NCBI GenBank assembly: GCA_013265495.1
Contig: MU058636.1
Span: 2,790,001 to 2,836,248 of the forward strand
Source of the DNA: Vicugna vicugna
Taxonomy: Eukaryota
Direction: 5' to 3'
DNA length: 46,248 nucleotides
Below the pieces are notes generated by a model. The model saw only the letters and a list, made by a program, of their open reading frames with translations, did no database searches and was not told the DNA's origin. The first letter of the stretch is position 1; every line of letters begins with the position of its first letter. Positions 24,033 to 36,700 of the stretch are shown here, piece by piece. A program made the translations under genes and the position numbers.

Positions 24033-24513
24033 TCAGATATTAAATTATTAACTGCTCCCCTGCAAGCTTGCTTGTGGGGGAAGGGGGTGAGGACAGCGTT
24101 CTCATCTCAGGAGGCACTCAGAGTCGGGTCGCCTGCTTTGGGTCCCCCCTACAGCGTCAGTGCGCTTTCTGTGCAGCAGCCAAAGTCATCTGCCCGTGTT
24201 TTGTGGTCCGTTCTGGACAAGGCACCAAGGCTGGGAGCATGGGGGCATTTGGGCGAATCTCCCTCCAGCAGGCGATGCCCTTTTGGTGGACTTTCTTCTG
24301 GCTTCCCCTTGGCCTCCTGGGCAGCAGGGGTCAGAGCTGGGTGGCAGGTCCCTGGATGGTGCTGCCCCATAAGTGAAGTCTGTCCTCTCCAAGGTCAGTG
24401 GAGGGCCTCTGACCTTGCTGCCCCGTGAGGAGCCCCCAGGGCCAAGTGGCAGCCATCACCCCTGCCTCCCAGGTGTGGCATCTGCAGTGGACCGCTTTGT
24501 GCATTTCTTGCAG

Positions 24514-24612
24514 GACCAGGTGGACACACTGACCTTCCAGAGCCAGTCTCTGCGGGACCGAGCCCGGCGCTTCGAAGAGGCTTTGAGGAAAAACACTGAA
24601 GAGCAGCTGGAG
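24514..24612 (+). CDS. MTUS2: MTUS2 coding exon: [33 protein letters not shown]
   Basis: tttcttgcag acceptor at 24513 and GAG|gtatca donor. 99 bp, phase 0 to 0. Confidence 0.93.
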
Positions 24613-24929
24613 GTATCACGCGTTCCTGGCCACCCAGCACTGCGAGGCCACCCTGTTGGACCCCAGGGTGCCCAGGGCTTCCCCATCATCACCCCGAAGT
24701 CAGGTTCCCGGTGCTTACCTGCTGCCAGAGCAACACTGGTCAGGGCCTCCCAGGGATTTAAATGTACACCTGTCGGCATCGCTGCTGAGTCAGGACACCT
24801 GTGGGTTTCTCCATCTAAGTGTTACTCTTGCCGCATCCCACATGGCTCCTCAGCCACTGCCCCGAGCATCTGTGACAAACTGGGCCTGGGACCACTCCTA
24901 AAAGTGGGCAAAATTTCTTCTCTCTAATG

Positions 24930-25094
24930 TAGGGTTGCCAGATAAAATGCATGACCCCCAGTTAAATTTAAATTACAGGTAAATGAATTTCTGTTCGTAA
25001 TAAGCATGTCTCTCACAATCTTTACAAAGTAAGTTGTTCATGCGAAATTCAGCCTTAACAGCCTATTTTTTAATTGGTCCCATCTGGCAACCTG
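24930..25094. mobile_element. MER53-like palindromic hAT MITE
   Basis: Terminal inverted repeats tagggttgccagat ... atctggcaacctg, with internal 'cccagttaaattt'. Confidence 0.8.
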
Positions 25095-25570
25095 ACCCAG
25101 ACATTTCTTTTTCTACGATGCCTTTTCTGCTTTTTAAACCACTTTTGCTCATTTCCTACGCAGGGTGGAGGGCAGGGCCTGTAAATCCCCACCTGTCTTT
25201 TGAATCAAGTCGTCTGGGCGAATGTTAAAAGGCGGCATCGAAGTTTCTCTTTTTGTCCCCTAAGCTCCCCTTGGGGGCTGGGCTGGGAGAGGCCGGCCAT
25301 CCCAGCATCCGACATTTCAGGGAGCGATGGCTTCGTCTCTCCTGCTTCCCAAGGGGCTGGACTCGTGGTAGCGGTCCCAGCAGGGACTTGTGGGCGTCTT
25401 TATCGGGGAAGGCTCTGCGCACCCTCTCCCCCTCCCTCTTGCTCACGTTCTCCGGTGCCTGTTAGGAAGCTTGTTAACAAAGACTAGATTGAGCTGAACT
25501 GGTGACGCCGGTGAATGCTGGCCTTTGCCGGGTCCCCCAGTTACTAGCTCCCTGCTCTCTGCCCTTGTAG

Positions 25571-25690
25571 GTTGCCCTGGCTCCTTATCAGCACTTGGAG
25601 GAAGACATGAAGAGTCTGAAGCAGGTGTTAGAGATGAAGAATCAGCAAATACACCAGCAGGAAAAGAAGATTATTGAGCTGGAAAAGCTG
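25571..25690 (+). CDS. MTUS2: MTUS2 coding exon: [40 protein letters not shown]
   Basis: cccttgtag acceptor at 25570 and CTG|gtgagt donor. 120 bp, phase 0 to 0. Confidence 0.94.
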
Positions 25691-25989
25691 GTGAGTCAGC
25701 CTCTTTCCTCGAGGGTCCAGTAACCTCTTCTGCCATCCGTGTTCACAGCATTCAGGTGGGGGGGGGGGCTCACCAGGCAATGCCACCGCTGCATCTCAAG
25801 TCCCTTCTCAGGCAGGAAGCCAGAAGTTCTGATAAGGAATCTCAGAGGTGGCCTCATTTGTAGGATTCTGGGGCCCCTCTGATGACCCGCCTGCACTGCA
25901 CTGTGACGTGCTAACGCCTCACCCCTCCCGGGGACATGTGGGCCGAGCATCACTGGTGGGCACCGAGCTCCGTGCAGACACCTTCTGTG

Positions 25990-26150
25990 TGTTTGTTCTT
26001 TAACTGCAACAGCAGTGCACCGGGGCAGGTGCTGTCAGGGGCCTCCTTTTACACATGCGGACACAGAGGCTTAGGAAGAGGTCATGCCTCACCCAGAACC
26101 AAGAAGTGGTCCAGTCCAGGTGGGAGCCCCGGCCCAGAGCTCCAGGTCCC
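25990..26150 (-). mobile_element. MIR fragment
   Basis: 'ttttacacatgcggacacagaggcttagga...cacccaga'. Confidence 0.5.
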
Positions 26151-26997
26151 TGCTTACAGCACACTCTCTGCCTCACCTTTCAGCCCGGTTCCCATGGAAC
26201 TAACAAAGGGCGCCCCCTGGGGGAACAGAACTGGAAAGTTCACTCCCGTACCCCGTACCCCATGGGGGCAAGGGCTGCAGCTGAGCCGTCCACAGCTAGT
26301 AGCAGCAGCCGGCTTCCAGGGAGATGCCGTCTTGTTGGGACGGTTGGCCCAAGGGTCTAAGAATAGATTCCTTTTTTATTATATTTAAAACAAACGTTTG
26401 GTATTGTAAAAAGATGTGCATCATAGGAAATTGGAAGATTAAAATACATTTCTACCACTGTTAACTTTCCAGAGCCTGTCCTCTGTACAAGTGTGCACAC
26501 CCCAAAGACCCCACACAGACATGCAAGTGTTTCGTATCCTGCTTTCTTTCTGTTAGCAGATCTGCCCCTTACCAGCTCGGTAACTGATCTTCTCCGACGG
26601 CCAACGTTCCCTAGCTCTGAACGAAGCTGGTTTACTCAGACACTCGCTAAGAGAAACCTGTGCCACACAGGACTCCAGTGTAGGCACAAACGCATATTGT
26701 GTGTATACACATGCACTGTGTAATCCACTGTCTGCACCAGTCCACACACATTATATAAAAGGAAAATACAGATAACAGTACTTACTTTGATGACATGCAG
26801 GTTATTTTGTTTTGTTTTGTTTAAAAAAGAAATGTTGGCACGTCTCTCTAACCTGATTTTACAGCCGACTTAATGCTTTACCAACTGCTGGATGAAAAAC
26901 ACGGTTCTTGATAATCCTCCAGAGGCCAAGGGCACGGGGCTACCATCCGTCACATGGCCTCACTTCTTCTCACCTCTTGACACCCTGTCTTTTATAG

Positions 26998-27095
26998 GCG
27001 GAAAAGAACATTATCCTGGAAGAAAAGATCCAAGTTCTCCAGCAGCAGAATGAAGACCTCAAAGCCAGGATCGATCAGAACACAGTTGTCACGAG
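26998..27095 (+). CDS. MTUS2: MTUS2 penultimate coding exon: [32 protein letters not shown](R)
   Basis: tcttttatag acceptor at 26997 and GAG|gtaggt donor. 98 bp, phase 0 to 2. Confidence 0.94.
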
Positions 27096-27718
27096 GTAGG
27101 TGGGCCTGGATGTCGGAGATTCCAAAGCAGGTGCCACGGACAGGGTGGCTCTGCTCTTGTCCTCACTCCTCCGAGCTGGGAGGCTCCCCTCCACGGGCTA
27201 TGCACGCGTCCCGCGTGGTGGGCAGCACGGAACACAAGCTGAGCGCCCTGCGGAGGCTCTGGCTCTGGGAGCGGTGGCCCCACCGCAGGAAGGAGGGATG
27301 CGGGCAGAAGCACGAGGGGCAGCTAGGAGGTGACAAGTTATTTCTGGTGGGGTTTTGGAGAGGCTGCAGCTGGGGGTCCCCAGGCTAAAGAGAACCGTCC
27401 TGTGAGCTCGCCAGCAGGGCCCTCGGCTGCTGCACTGTCCTCTGGGCCAGGCAGCCCTGGCAGAGAGGAGCTGGCGGGGCCAGAGGGCGGCAGGGAGGGG
27501 ACAAACCAGGGCAGCTGCTCCCGAGGAAGCGCTTTCCCTGTGGGTGCAGCCCTTCCCTGCGGACCCTGCGTGGAGGGACCCCACTTCCCAGAAGGGTCGG
27601 GAGGCAGCCCTGCTTCAGTAGAGTGGGTGCTGGGGGCCTGGGATCGATCAGCCAGCCGGAGGGGACTTCCAGGAGGGCCCAGCCACCTCCGTGAGCCAGA
27701 TCTGTAAACCACGTGTCA

Positions 27719-27755
27719 ACACACACCACACACACACACACCCCCACACCCACAC
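27719..27755. repeat. Imperfect (CA)n microsatellite
   Basis: acacacaccacacacacacacacccccacacccacac. Confidence 0.75.
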
Positions 27756-28061
27756 CCCCTCCACAACAGAGCGCCTGGTTTCCACCGCAGAGCACACAGC
27801 AGAGACTGTGCCGGGCCATCTCCCTCCCCTTTGGCTGTGGGCAGTCGGGCCTCTCTCGCTGCAGAGGCATCCAGCCCAAAGAGCAAGCCCAGCCTGGACC
27901 CCAGCAGGGCGACTTCGGGGCCTCAGCCCATCCGGGTACACAGTCCCCACTTATCCCTGCCCAGTTCCTCCGAGGTACTGTCATGTTTTACAAATGCAAC
28001 ACAGGGACGAAGTCACGCGTTGAGACAGAGGCACAAAATGCACAGATTCATTTTTCACATA

Positions 28062-28185
28062 GGATCCATTTAGCAGTAAACATCAACTGAGCATCTGACA
28101 GCCACCTCGCACCAGGCTGGGTGCCAGGCATTGGAGGACGAACGCTCTGGCCCCTGCCCTTCGGGCTTCCAGTCCAGCAGGTGGC
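28062..28185 (-). mobile_element. L2 3' end fragment
   Basis: 'atccatttagcagtaaacatcaactgagcatct...gtgccaggcattgg...cccctgcccttcgggcttccagtc'. Confidence 0.45.
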
Positions 28186-28560
28186 CAGATGCACAGAATT
28201 TAGCGGCAGGAGGTGCCGGCTGTCATGCAGGTCCCGGGCCAGGGGCAGAGCTGGAGCTGGGGTCCTGAGGCCGCAGCACCCACCCTGCCCTGGGCTGCAG
28301 GCGGCGCACTCACCCCCGCCCCCACTCCACCCCCTCCTAGGTAGCCTGTGGCCTTTGCTCTGCCCACTGGCCAGCCGGCACCCGCCCTGACGGGGGCAGC
28401 CCCTGGGAGTGGGTTAGGTGTTGGCTGAGCGGCTCTGGGACCGGATGTGTCAGTGGGACAAGTGGAATTAGTTTCAGCCCGGGTTCTTGGTCCCCGCGGT
28501 CCGGCAGGACTGTGTCCTCCCCGCAGGCATCCACCACCTACTCCCTTCCCTCTGCACCCA

Positions 28561-28927
28561 TGCTGTCGAAGGCACGTCCAGGTGCCCGACGTGAGCCTGG
28601 AGCAGAGACAGGTTCACTGCAGGGCCGAGCGAGGAAAGGCGGGCGGCAGGTAGGCCATTAGCTCGTGCACGATTCCCTGGCGGGCTGATGTGGAGGGAAC
28701 AGGACGGCCAACGCTGCCGACCCCCAGGCGCCGGCAGGCCTGGGGCCACGTGTTCCTGACCATCAGGTAGTTCGCGTCTTCCCTTTGGTGGTGGTTTTCA
28801 GCATCTGAAAAACTCAGGAAGCAGACATGGGGTACTGTGATCTGGGTACCACAGAGAGGAGCCGCAGCAGAGGGTACAGGGGAGGGGTCTGCCCCGAGAC
28901 GGCCCCACAGGGTCCTGCTTGCTTACA
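28561..28927 (-). mobile_element. 3' LTR of outer ERV (internally deleted, GC-enriched)
   Basis: Aligns to 40296-40760 from 'tgctgtcgaaggc...gtgcccgacg' to 'cagggtcctgcttgcttaca', with about 100 bp missing. Confidence 0.85.
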
Positions 28928-28940
28928 GTCCCCCCCTCTT
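28928..28940 (-). other. Polypurine tract of outer ERV
   Basis: Minus strand AAGAGGGGGGGAC immediately precedes the LTR start TGTAA. Confidence 0.85.
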
Positions 28941-29269
28941 GATACTTTTCAGTCATAAGAACGGGTGCTGGACAAGGCAGGGAATGACATTTTGGACAGA
29001 GAGGTTAACCATAAACTCGGCAGCGGAGCCCGGTTTTAGGGGGACAGTTTCAGTCTCCACTCCTGTTTTATCCTTCCCCAAAGCTTCCTGCTCTGGCGAC
29101 TTCCTGCCGAAGCGAGGCCTCGTCCTGCCTCAGTTTGGGGGTGGGCACCACATTGAAAACACCCCCTAGCTTCAAGTCCTGGATCTGAGTCTTGTATGAT
29201 TAAGATCACAGTCCTTTAGTTCCCCACTTTTTGTGCCAGCAGACTCGATTACAAGTAGCTGGAGTGACA

Positions 29270-29950
29270 ACCAGAACTTTAACAGACAAACAGATCTCAT
29301 TCCCAGAGGAATTCAGGGGCCCAAGCCTGAAAGCCAGTTTGGGGCTGGCGCTTTGTGGGAGATTGTAGCCAGCCGTCTGCTTTAATCTAAGTAGGTTTCA
29401 GCTTCTGACGTGTATTCACAAACAGCAGGAGCTGCTGCCATTACGCCTCTCCTTTGTTCTGCTAACATCTTATCTAAAACAATTTTATTGTCTAAAAGTT
29501 TAGTAGTTAAAAACAAGAGACCTTAAGGTCGTAAGGCTGCAGGTGCCAGCTGCCAGCATACACTGCTTGGAGAACGGTGGGTCGTCTCCCCAGAAGGACA
29601 CAGCTTAGAATCTGAGTTCTCAGAGATACAAGAACCTGTCTGAAATCACACCCCCAGGGGGCCACCTAGTTTTACCTTGAATGTCTGAAGCACAGCTACT
29701 CCATTTCGACTTTCAAACGCATTCCCCTCCTCAAGGTCAAAGCGGATGTACAATCCATGTCGAAAAGGCCAGAACAACAGGCCCCTTTGGTCAGTGAAGT
29801 TTAACTGTGTGTAGGCCAGAATGACTTCCCCATACCTCACTATGTGCAGATTTTCCCATCATTTCTCTTTTTGATTGCAAATCTTTCAAGTAGAAAGCAT
29901 TGATGATCAAAATACCCATCCCTCAGTGCTGATGGGGGTGATGGCTCCTG
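29270..29950 (-). pseudogene. env: Decayed retroviral env (end of SU and TM)
   Basis: Minus strand from 29498 reads LLDNKIVLDKMLAEQRRGV (ISU-like), then after frameshifts SSCCL*I (CX6CC remnant), GWLQ and NWLSGLGP. Located just upstream of the PPT. Outer bounds approximate. Confidence 0.75.
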
Positions 29951-30776
29951 CCCCATGTTCAGATCACGTCCCTCGGGGCTGGGCCTCCTTTATATTTGCC
30001 TGGTCATCCGCGTTGGGGGAGAACTAGTCAGAGATGGTGGACAGGCTCAGAGGTGTGCTGATGGGGAAGCACGTTATTGGCTTTACATTTTATCACTTAC
30101 ACCCAATTGTTCCACAAGCGTCGTACATGTGCTTTTAGCAATAGACGTAGAGCAGGCACCGTTATGCATCGTGAGCAGTTACACCGTGACAGCTCCACTA
30201 GAGCATTCTCTTTCTGTCCTAAACACTGAAGGCAACAACATGGTTGGAAGTAAAGTAACTTTCAATATTGATAAACATCTGATAACTCAATTAGAAAATA
30301 ATATATTAAAAGCCAGTAGTATTTCGGACAAAACCAAAAAAGTATAACCATATTCACCTGTTAACTCATTCCTATGTAATTAATCCTTTTTACTAAGGGT
30401 TTTACGACTTTTCCGACATCTTACCCAGCCCGGCTGTGTGATTTGACAGGAACCTGTGCCTGTCAGGAAGTCCTTTCTATGAATCTTACTGAAGATGAAG
30501 CAGTTTTGCAAAGCACCAGCTTAGCTGTTTATGAATAACGAAAGACTTAAAAAGGCGAGGTTAAAGATCTGGTTACAGTGTTTTTGAGAAAGAAGCTTAA
30601 TCAAGTTGCTGTGGCATACAGCATTTTAAGACAATGACTAGACTGAAACTAGAATATGACTAGAATAACTAGAATTGTGACTGATGGCATAACACGGAGC
30701 CATATCTACAGCTCAGAAACCTTATAAAATTTCCAGACTTCTATGCTAACATTTATACCATATCATCTGAGGAGGC

Positions 30777-31256
30777 TGTTGACTGAAGTAAAGTGCACAA
30801 GCTAAAAGCTGAGACTTACGTTTTATTCGGCGGACATTTCTGAGGTCTTAAGCCTGGCATGCCAGCCTCTCAGGTCGCTGAGGGTCTGCTCCGAAGAGGC
30901 AGGGGAGGAGCCAGGATGTACAGGAGTTTTTACAATAAAGATGAGGGAGTTGGAACAGGAAAAAAATTACTGTTAAAGAAAACCAGACATCTCAAGTTAA
31001 AGAATTTAGTGCTTTTCTATGTCTGGGAAGGTGCAAATGTCTGGGCTCATTGAAATCATTCCTTTGCTCTGCTCTTACCTACCTAGGGCCAGTGTCCTGT
31101 GCTTCCCCACCCGGAGTCCCCTGGGGGGCGCCACTGGGGGCGGCCGCAGAGGCCGGGCTGCCTGCCTGTCTGTATCCCGAGTTGGCGGTAGTGGCCTGCC
31201 TTGATGGCCACAGCGTTCTTTGTTCGCTGGTGAGCTTGCAGTATTTTTCGTTCACA
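30777..31256 (-). mobile_element. 3' LTR of inner ERV
   Basis: tgttgactgaa...cgttcaca. Direct repeat of 37117-37605 with AATAAA on the minus strand (tttatt). Followed by gtgctcccccttgg (PPT on minus strand). Confidence 0.92.
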
Positions 31257-31634
31257 GTGCTCCCCCTTGGTCCTAAATTTGAACAATATTTTGGGAGACA
31301 ATTCATGACCAGTTTTGTCCCATGGGGCTAGGCAGGTTTATTCCTAGGTCAGGTGAGGTTTCTGTTGACATGCCATTCAAGGTGCTAATTTTTGGATCAG
31401 TCCCTGTTGATAACCATAAATTCTCTGGATCACCTGTCTTACTAGTCTTATGATCCAGGAAACGTTTTTCCCTCGTTGCTCTTTCCTATACCTAGAATCA
31501 CTCTGAGAATTATTCTATGCAGGGTTATAAATGTGATTTATTTTCTCAAGATGTTTAGTCATCATTAATCTTGTCGGCGGCCTAGTCACACATTGGATAA
31601 TGGAAGAGACAATCTTACAAAATAGAGAGGATGC

Positions 31635-31806
31635 GGGGAAGGTGCGGCTCAAGTGGCGGAGCGCATGCTTAGCATGCACAGCATCCTGGCTTCAACCCCC
31701 AGGACCCCCTCCAAATATAAATAAATAAATAAACAAACCTAATTACCTCCCCCTCATTTAAAAAAAAAAAAGGAAAATAAAGGCAGCCAAGGACAATTTA
31801 AAAAAA
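31635..31806 (+). mobile_element. tRNA-Ala-derived SINE (Vic-1-like) inserted in the inner ERV
   Basis: ggggaaggtgcggctcaagtggcggagcgcatgcttagcatgca...ttcaacccccag, then (aaat)n 'aaacctaattacctcccc' and an A-rich tail. Same structure as the 17803 copy. Confidence 0.85.
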
Positions 31807-33210
31807 TAAGATATAAGTAACACAGTTAGTAACGTTAATAAAGTCATACAAAGCATAACAATTTAGAAACGAAGAACAAATTAAAACAATGATTAGTATG
31901 ACCAGATTGTAATCTGGTTGGAATAACCCTCAAGTCTACAGGAGAGCCAGATGGAGAAGTCAGATTCTGGAAGGATCAAGCAGAAAGAAAAAGATTAAGT
32001 ATGCCTCTGTAAATAAGGATACAACATTTATCAACTTGTAGGTCACAGAATAAGAGGAAAGGCTTTCTGGAAAATAAAAATTAAAGGCAAGTATGCTTAT
32101 CAAAAGTCATAAGATGATCAAATCATATTTACCAGTTCATTCAGTCCCATTTACTTAATTCCTGTTTATCTTGATGAAGTCATCAGGTGTTCCATTAGTT
32201 TTATAATTTACCCAGTTCAGTGGTGTGAGCTAAAGATTATCAGAAACTTATATTTGTTTAAAAGTCCCTTTTTATGAATCTTCCTGAAGGTCTTCATTTT
32301 ATAGAAGGATCAGAGTAAAACAATGATTGTTTGTATAAATGACAAGACTTAAAATGGCATAGTTACAAATTTGATTGTAATGCCATTGACAAGCAACTTG
32401 GATATTTCTGTGACCTACAACATTCTAAGATCATAATTAGAATTATGACTGATACCAGGACATATCAGATTTTTAAGAATGCCATATAAATTTTGGAATA
32501 TCTGTATTAATGTCCTTGATCTCTTCAATATAACCTAAAGTCCATCTCCCACTACTTGACAATGCTTTTAAGTAATTTAACATACCGAACAAGTCTAATT
32601 AGCCTAATCTCTCTCTTTGGGGTGTTTCAGGGGCCCTCTAAAGCATCCCAAAGTTAGCTGAAGGTTAGAAGAACTTTAATCAAAGTTTGGTATTTGGGAA
32701 GCTTGTTAAAAAGTTTCAAAACACTTGGTCAGATAAAATTATAGGTCACTGAAATACCGCTTATTTACTCAACCAGAGTGACAGTGGTTTCAAAAACGGA
32801 TACAAAGCAGTTAAAGGCACACATGATCTGTTATCAAAAAGTAGCACTCAAACTTTGGTCTCCTAACAGTCTTGTTCCAACTTACTTGTAAACAAAATCC
32901 ATTTTCTTAGACTAAGTTTAGTCAATTCCAACTGTTCGCAAAAGTCTTTTCTCCGGATTCCTTCTCCACAAGCCTTCCATCACTTTTTGTGTCCACATTA
33001 TTTTGTCCTTTATTTCTCCCATCTAGAAACAATCAGCTCTAAGTAACAAAATGCAGTTTCATCCTTTATACCTTCTTTTGCTGAAAACATACACCCTATT
33101 TTTCTACTATATTGTAAAGTGTTTTCTTCATTATTTGTAGTAGCTTTAATTATACATTTAAATTAGAACACAGCTCTTAAAATTCTTAATTTCCTGTGAA
33201 AACTAGGAAA

Positions 33211-33714
33211 TGTCAACTGAAATAAAAATCACACAATGTGAGAGTTGTGGGTTAAGTTTTGTTTGGGGCAAAATCAGGACTATAGCCCAGGAGACAGCAT
33301 CCCAGACAGCTCTGGGAAACTGTTCCAAAGAGGCAGGGGGAGGACGCAGGATTACATGTGATGTCAGCGAGGGGGGCCGTGCAGTCAGGCGCACACTCAG
33401 GCAGAGGCCGCTGCTCGTCACAAGGAGCACATGTCACTGTTAATGATTTTAGTGCTTTTCTAGATATGAGGAGATGCAAGAATCGGGGTCATAAAATCTT
33501 CTCCTGGAAATATCTATCTGAAGGCCTGTTCAGCCGGTTTTCCCAGAGCACAGAGCACCTCATTCCTGACCTGCACCCTGAACTCCTCGCAGGGCGTGTT
33601 GGAGGTCTGCAGCTGCAGCGGCTCGTGATTTAATCCAAGCAGAGTCAGGTGGCAGGTGCCAGTGTGACCCAGTCCTTGTAGAGAGGGGTGGCAAGTGCCA
33701 GTTTTTAGTTAGCA
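33211..33714 (-). mobile_element. ERV1-type solo LTR nested in the inner ERV
   Basis: tgtcaactgaaataaaa...ttagca with TG...CA ends and a perfect 4-bp TSD gaaa (33207-33210 / 33715-33718). Shares motifs with the inner LTRs (tttagtgcttttcta). Strand inferred from that homology. Confidence 0.9.
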
Positions 33715-36700
33715 GAAATAAGCAATTACAAACTGTCTTCTACATTTGTGTTCTATAGATTGGCAAACAAATACCAATAATAATTTCCAGAAGTATGCAT
33801 TGTCTTATAGAAAATATTTCAGGGTGGCACCAAAGATTTTTTATCAATAGTCCCATATACTTTCAGCTTCCCTTCAAAGGGAAGCCAATGTTCAGTGATT
33901 AATTTGGGGGGGGAAATGACCTTGCTATTCAATAAACTTCCATCATTTAACTCATTTTAGCACAACTGGAGAATCAAGTTTCCAAATATTTGCAGAGATC
34001 ATTCCAGGCAGACATTCCTGAAACAGTTATTTCTAAAGAGTTCACCCAAAAGCTCTTATCTCATTTGCATTTTACTTGTAAGAATTTTATCACATCTAAT
34101 TATTTTGCTAACAAATTTGCCACAGATACAACAAGCTCTTTTGACTTTTTTTAACCTTAGGTACAATAAGAATATTATACTTGATGACTCTGAAGACGTT
34201 TAAATTAACTAGATCAACAAACTAACCTTAATACCAGGTATTAATTTAATATTCAGCCCACATGAACCTGAAGGTTAATTTGGCCAGTTTTTATGTTAGA
34301 AATATTTAATTTGCAAGTGCTTACTTCTAAGTCAATTAAATAGTTTATAAATTTTGATGATATCTTCTAGAGGTAGAGACATATCTATAATGTGTGCACA
34401 GACATAATCAGACAAAACAAGAGATCTCATAACTTTACATCAAAACTTAGTTATGAATTAGGGATTACACTAAAAATTTACTAGTTATAAATAACAGAAT
34501 AAATTGAATTTGCTGGCTCAGATCACTAAGGCTTCCAAACTGTGTCCTTTACTATAGGTTTTACTGTTGAACTTATCAGGCTCAGTCTGGCCTCGTTTCT
34601 GATTTGTAAGACAAAGACAGATGCGTTTAGTTCTCCAAAGAACTGGTCTGTCACCCGAGTCTACCTGTATCTTCAATTTGCTCTTCTACATCAATGAGAT
34701 GATTTCTAAATAAAGAATTCTGTGTTCTAGAAATTTATGGTTTATCATGTCTCCAAAGGCTTGTATAAGGCATTTAATAAAGGCCCTCTTTTCTTGAGTT
34801 TAAGTTAAACCTAGAGCAAATCTCTATTACTTTATTATATTATTTATTATATTATTCAGGGGATTTTTCTTTATCCTCTGAATATTAGTTTTTAGTTTAT
34901 ATTGTAAGGCTCAGGTGACCCTATTGGTTTCCTTTAGTATGTTTAATATTTCTGAGGGACACATCTATGTGCCCAGTCTTACAATACCAAGCAGGGGAAG
35001 CATTCCCTATTGAAACATATCTATCCCACAGCATAATTTATACGAATTTCTTTTGCTTAAGCCCATTTAAATACACCAATTTTTATAGATTTCCCTTTAT
35101 TTCAGTTTTATCAACTCGTATACCTTTTAGTTTTTATTAGGTTCAGTCAACAAGTCTTGTTTTTAGAAGGAATCCTAGAAGCTTCTCTTTCTTTCATCCC
35201 CAGAGAGGACTTTGTAAGGGATGCAGGCCCTTGGCTATCTTTAAATTTTGATTTATTGGTCTAACTGTTGCCCCAATTATTGTTCAAATATCTCAGTGTA
35301 GTTTTTTTCCAGCCCTATAAATATATGCATTTTAAACTGGGTTAAGTAGAGCAGACTTGTTTGGACTTTAAATGTTGGGGACCAGTAGGGAGCCCCTGCC
35401 TATTTAACCTTAACAGTGCAGCATCAAAACGTTAGCATTTTAATCCATAAATGTCCATTTTATTTATCCTGTTTTAAATAACCATCTGAAAAAAAATTGT
35501 ATCCATTTGGGATAACTCCTTAATTTTTTTACCTTGTTAATAATAAAAAAAAAAACTTTAGACTTTTTTCTACAGTTTTTTTTCCAGCTACTCAACCTAA
35601 CTAACATTAATTATTGTAATGTTTTTGTTAGCATCGTAAGACCCCTTGAGGGGAAGGGGAGAGAACACAAATAAGGCTTTCAAAATTGATTTTTCTTTTT
35701 GTTTTAAACTAAGGGTGTTCTTAGGTTAACCGTTAGATATATATTTCTTTTCCACCTTTAAATTTGGTTGATTTTTATAGGTACCAATAAAATACTGTTT
35801 ATAATGAGAGCTCTCTAAACTTTAATCAATTTAGAAGTTTCTCCACTCCAATTTAAAGGATCCGTCATCGGACCAATGGATATAGTTACTAGTAGTGATT
35901 TTAAAACCAATAAGATGAAGAGATTTCCCCACAAGAGAGTAGGGGGCACCACCTAAATAAGATTCAAATGTTTACTCCCCAAAGTGTAAAGGCCTTTGTG
36001 GTCCAGGCTGATGCAGTGAAGGTCAAAATGGCAAAAAGCCTGAGAACTGGTACAGAGGATTGCTCAGAATCGCAGTCTGTTATCTTGGCTGCCATATATG
36101 TACCATACTTGTATACGTTCTGGATGGCAGAGACCAAGTTTTAAAAAAAAAAAAAAAACCCAAAACAACAACAAGAAAATGTACACACAAAAAAAACTGC
36201 CCAGAGAAAGACAGAACATTTGCATTTCAAAGGCTCTGGAAGAGAAATGCAAGTCCCTCTCTAGAAGGGGTTTTGTTTTTGTAAGGTCAGAATTCTTAAG
36301 TTTTTTTTTTTTTAAATCAGGATGGCTTTTTTTTTTTTTTTTTAACTTAACTGTGTAGGCAACAAAAGAGCCCAGGTTCATTATTTTCAGGTGAGATTTC
36401 CTTCAATTTCCAGTTAAGTTAGTCCTTATAAGTGTTATTCATGAACCTGGCTCAGATCCTTAGTTGGAGGCTGACCATCTGTCATTCCTTTTTCTTTTTT
36501 TTTGAAGGTTACATTCCCCATTTTAAGATCAGTTTGTCAGAATAAACTCGCTAGTGGGTGTCCCCACAGGGACAGCTGCACAGCACGAGATCTTTGCCTC
36601 CATCACTCCTGCAAGTTTCTCAGTCACCTGAGAAAGCCACTGCTGGCCAGGAGGAGGGTCCCGTCTTTAGAGCCGAAGGGCTCTCATAAGATTTTGGTTT

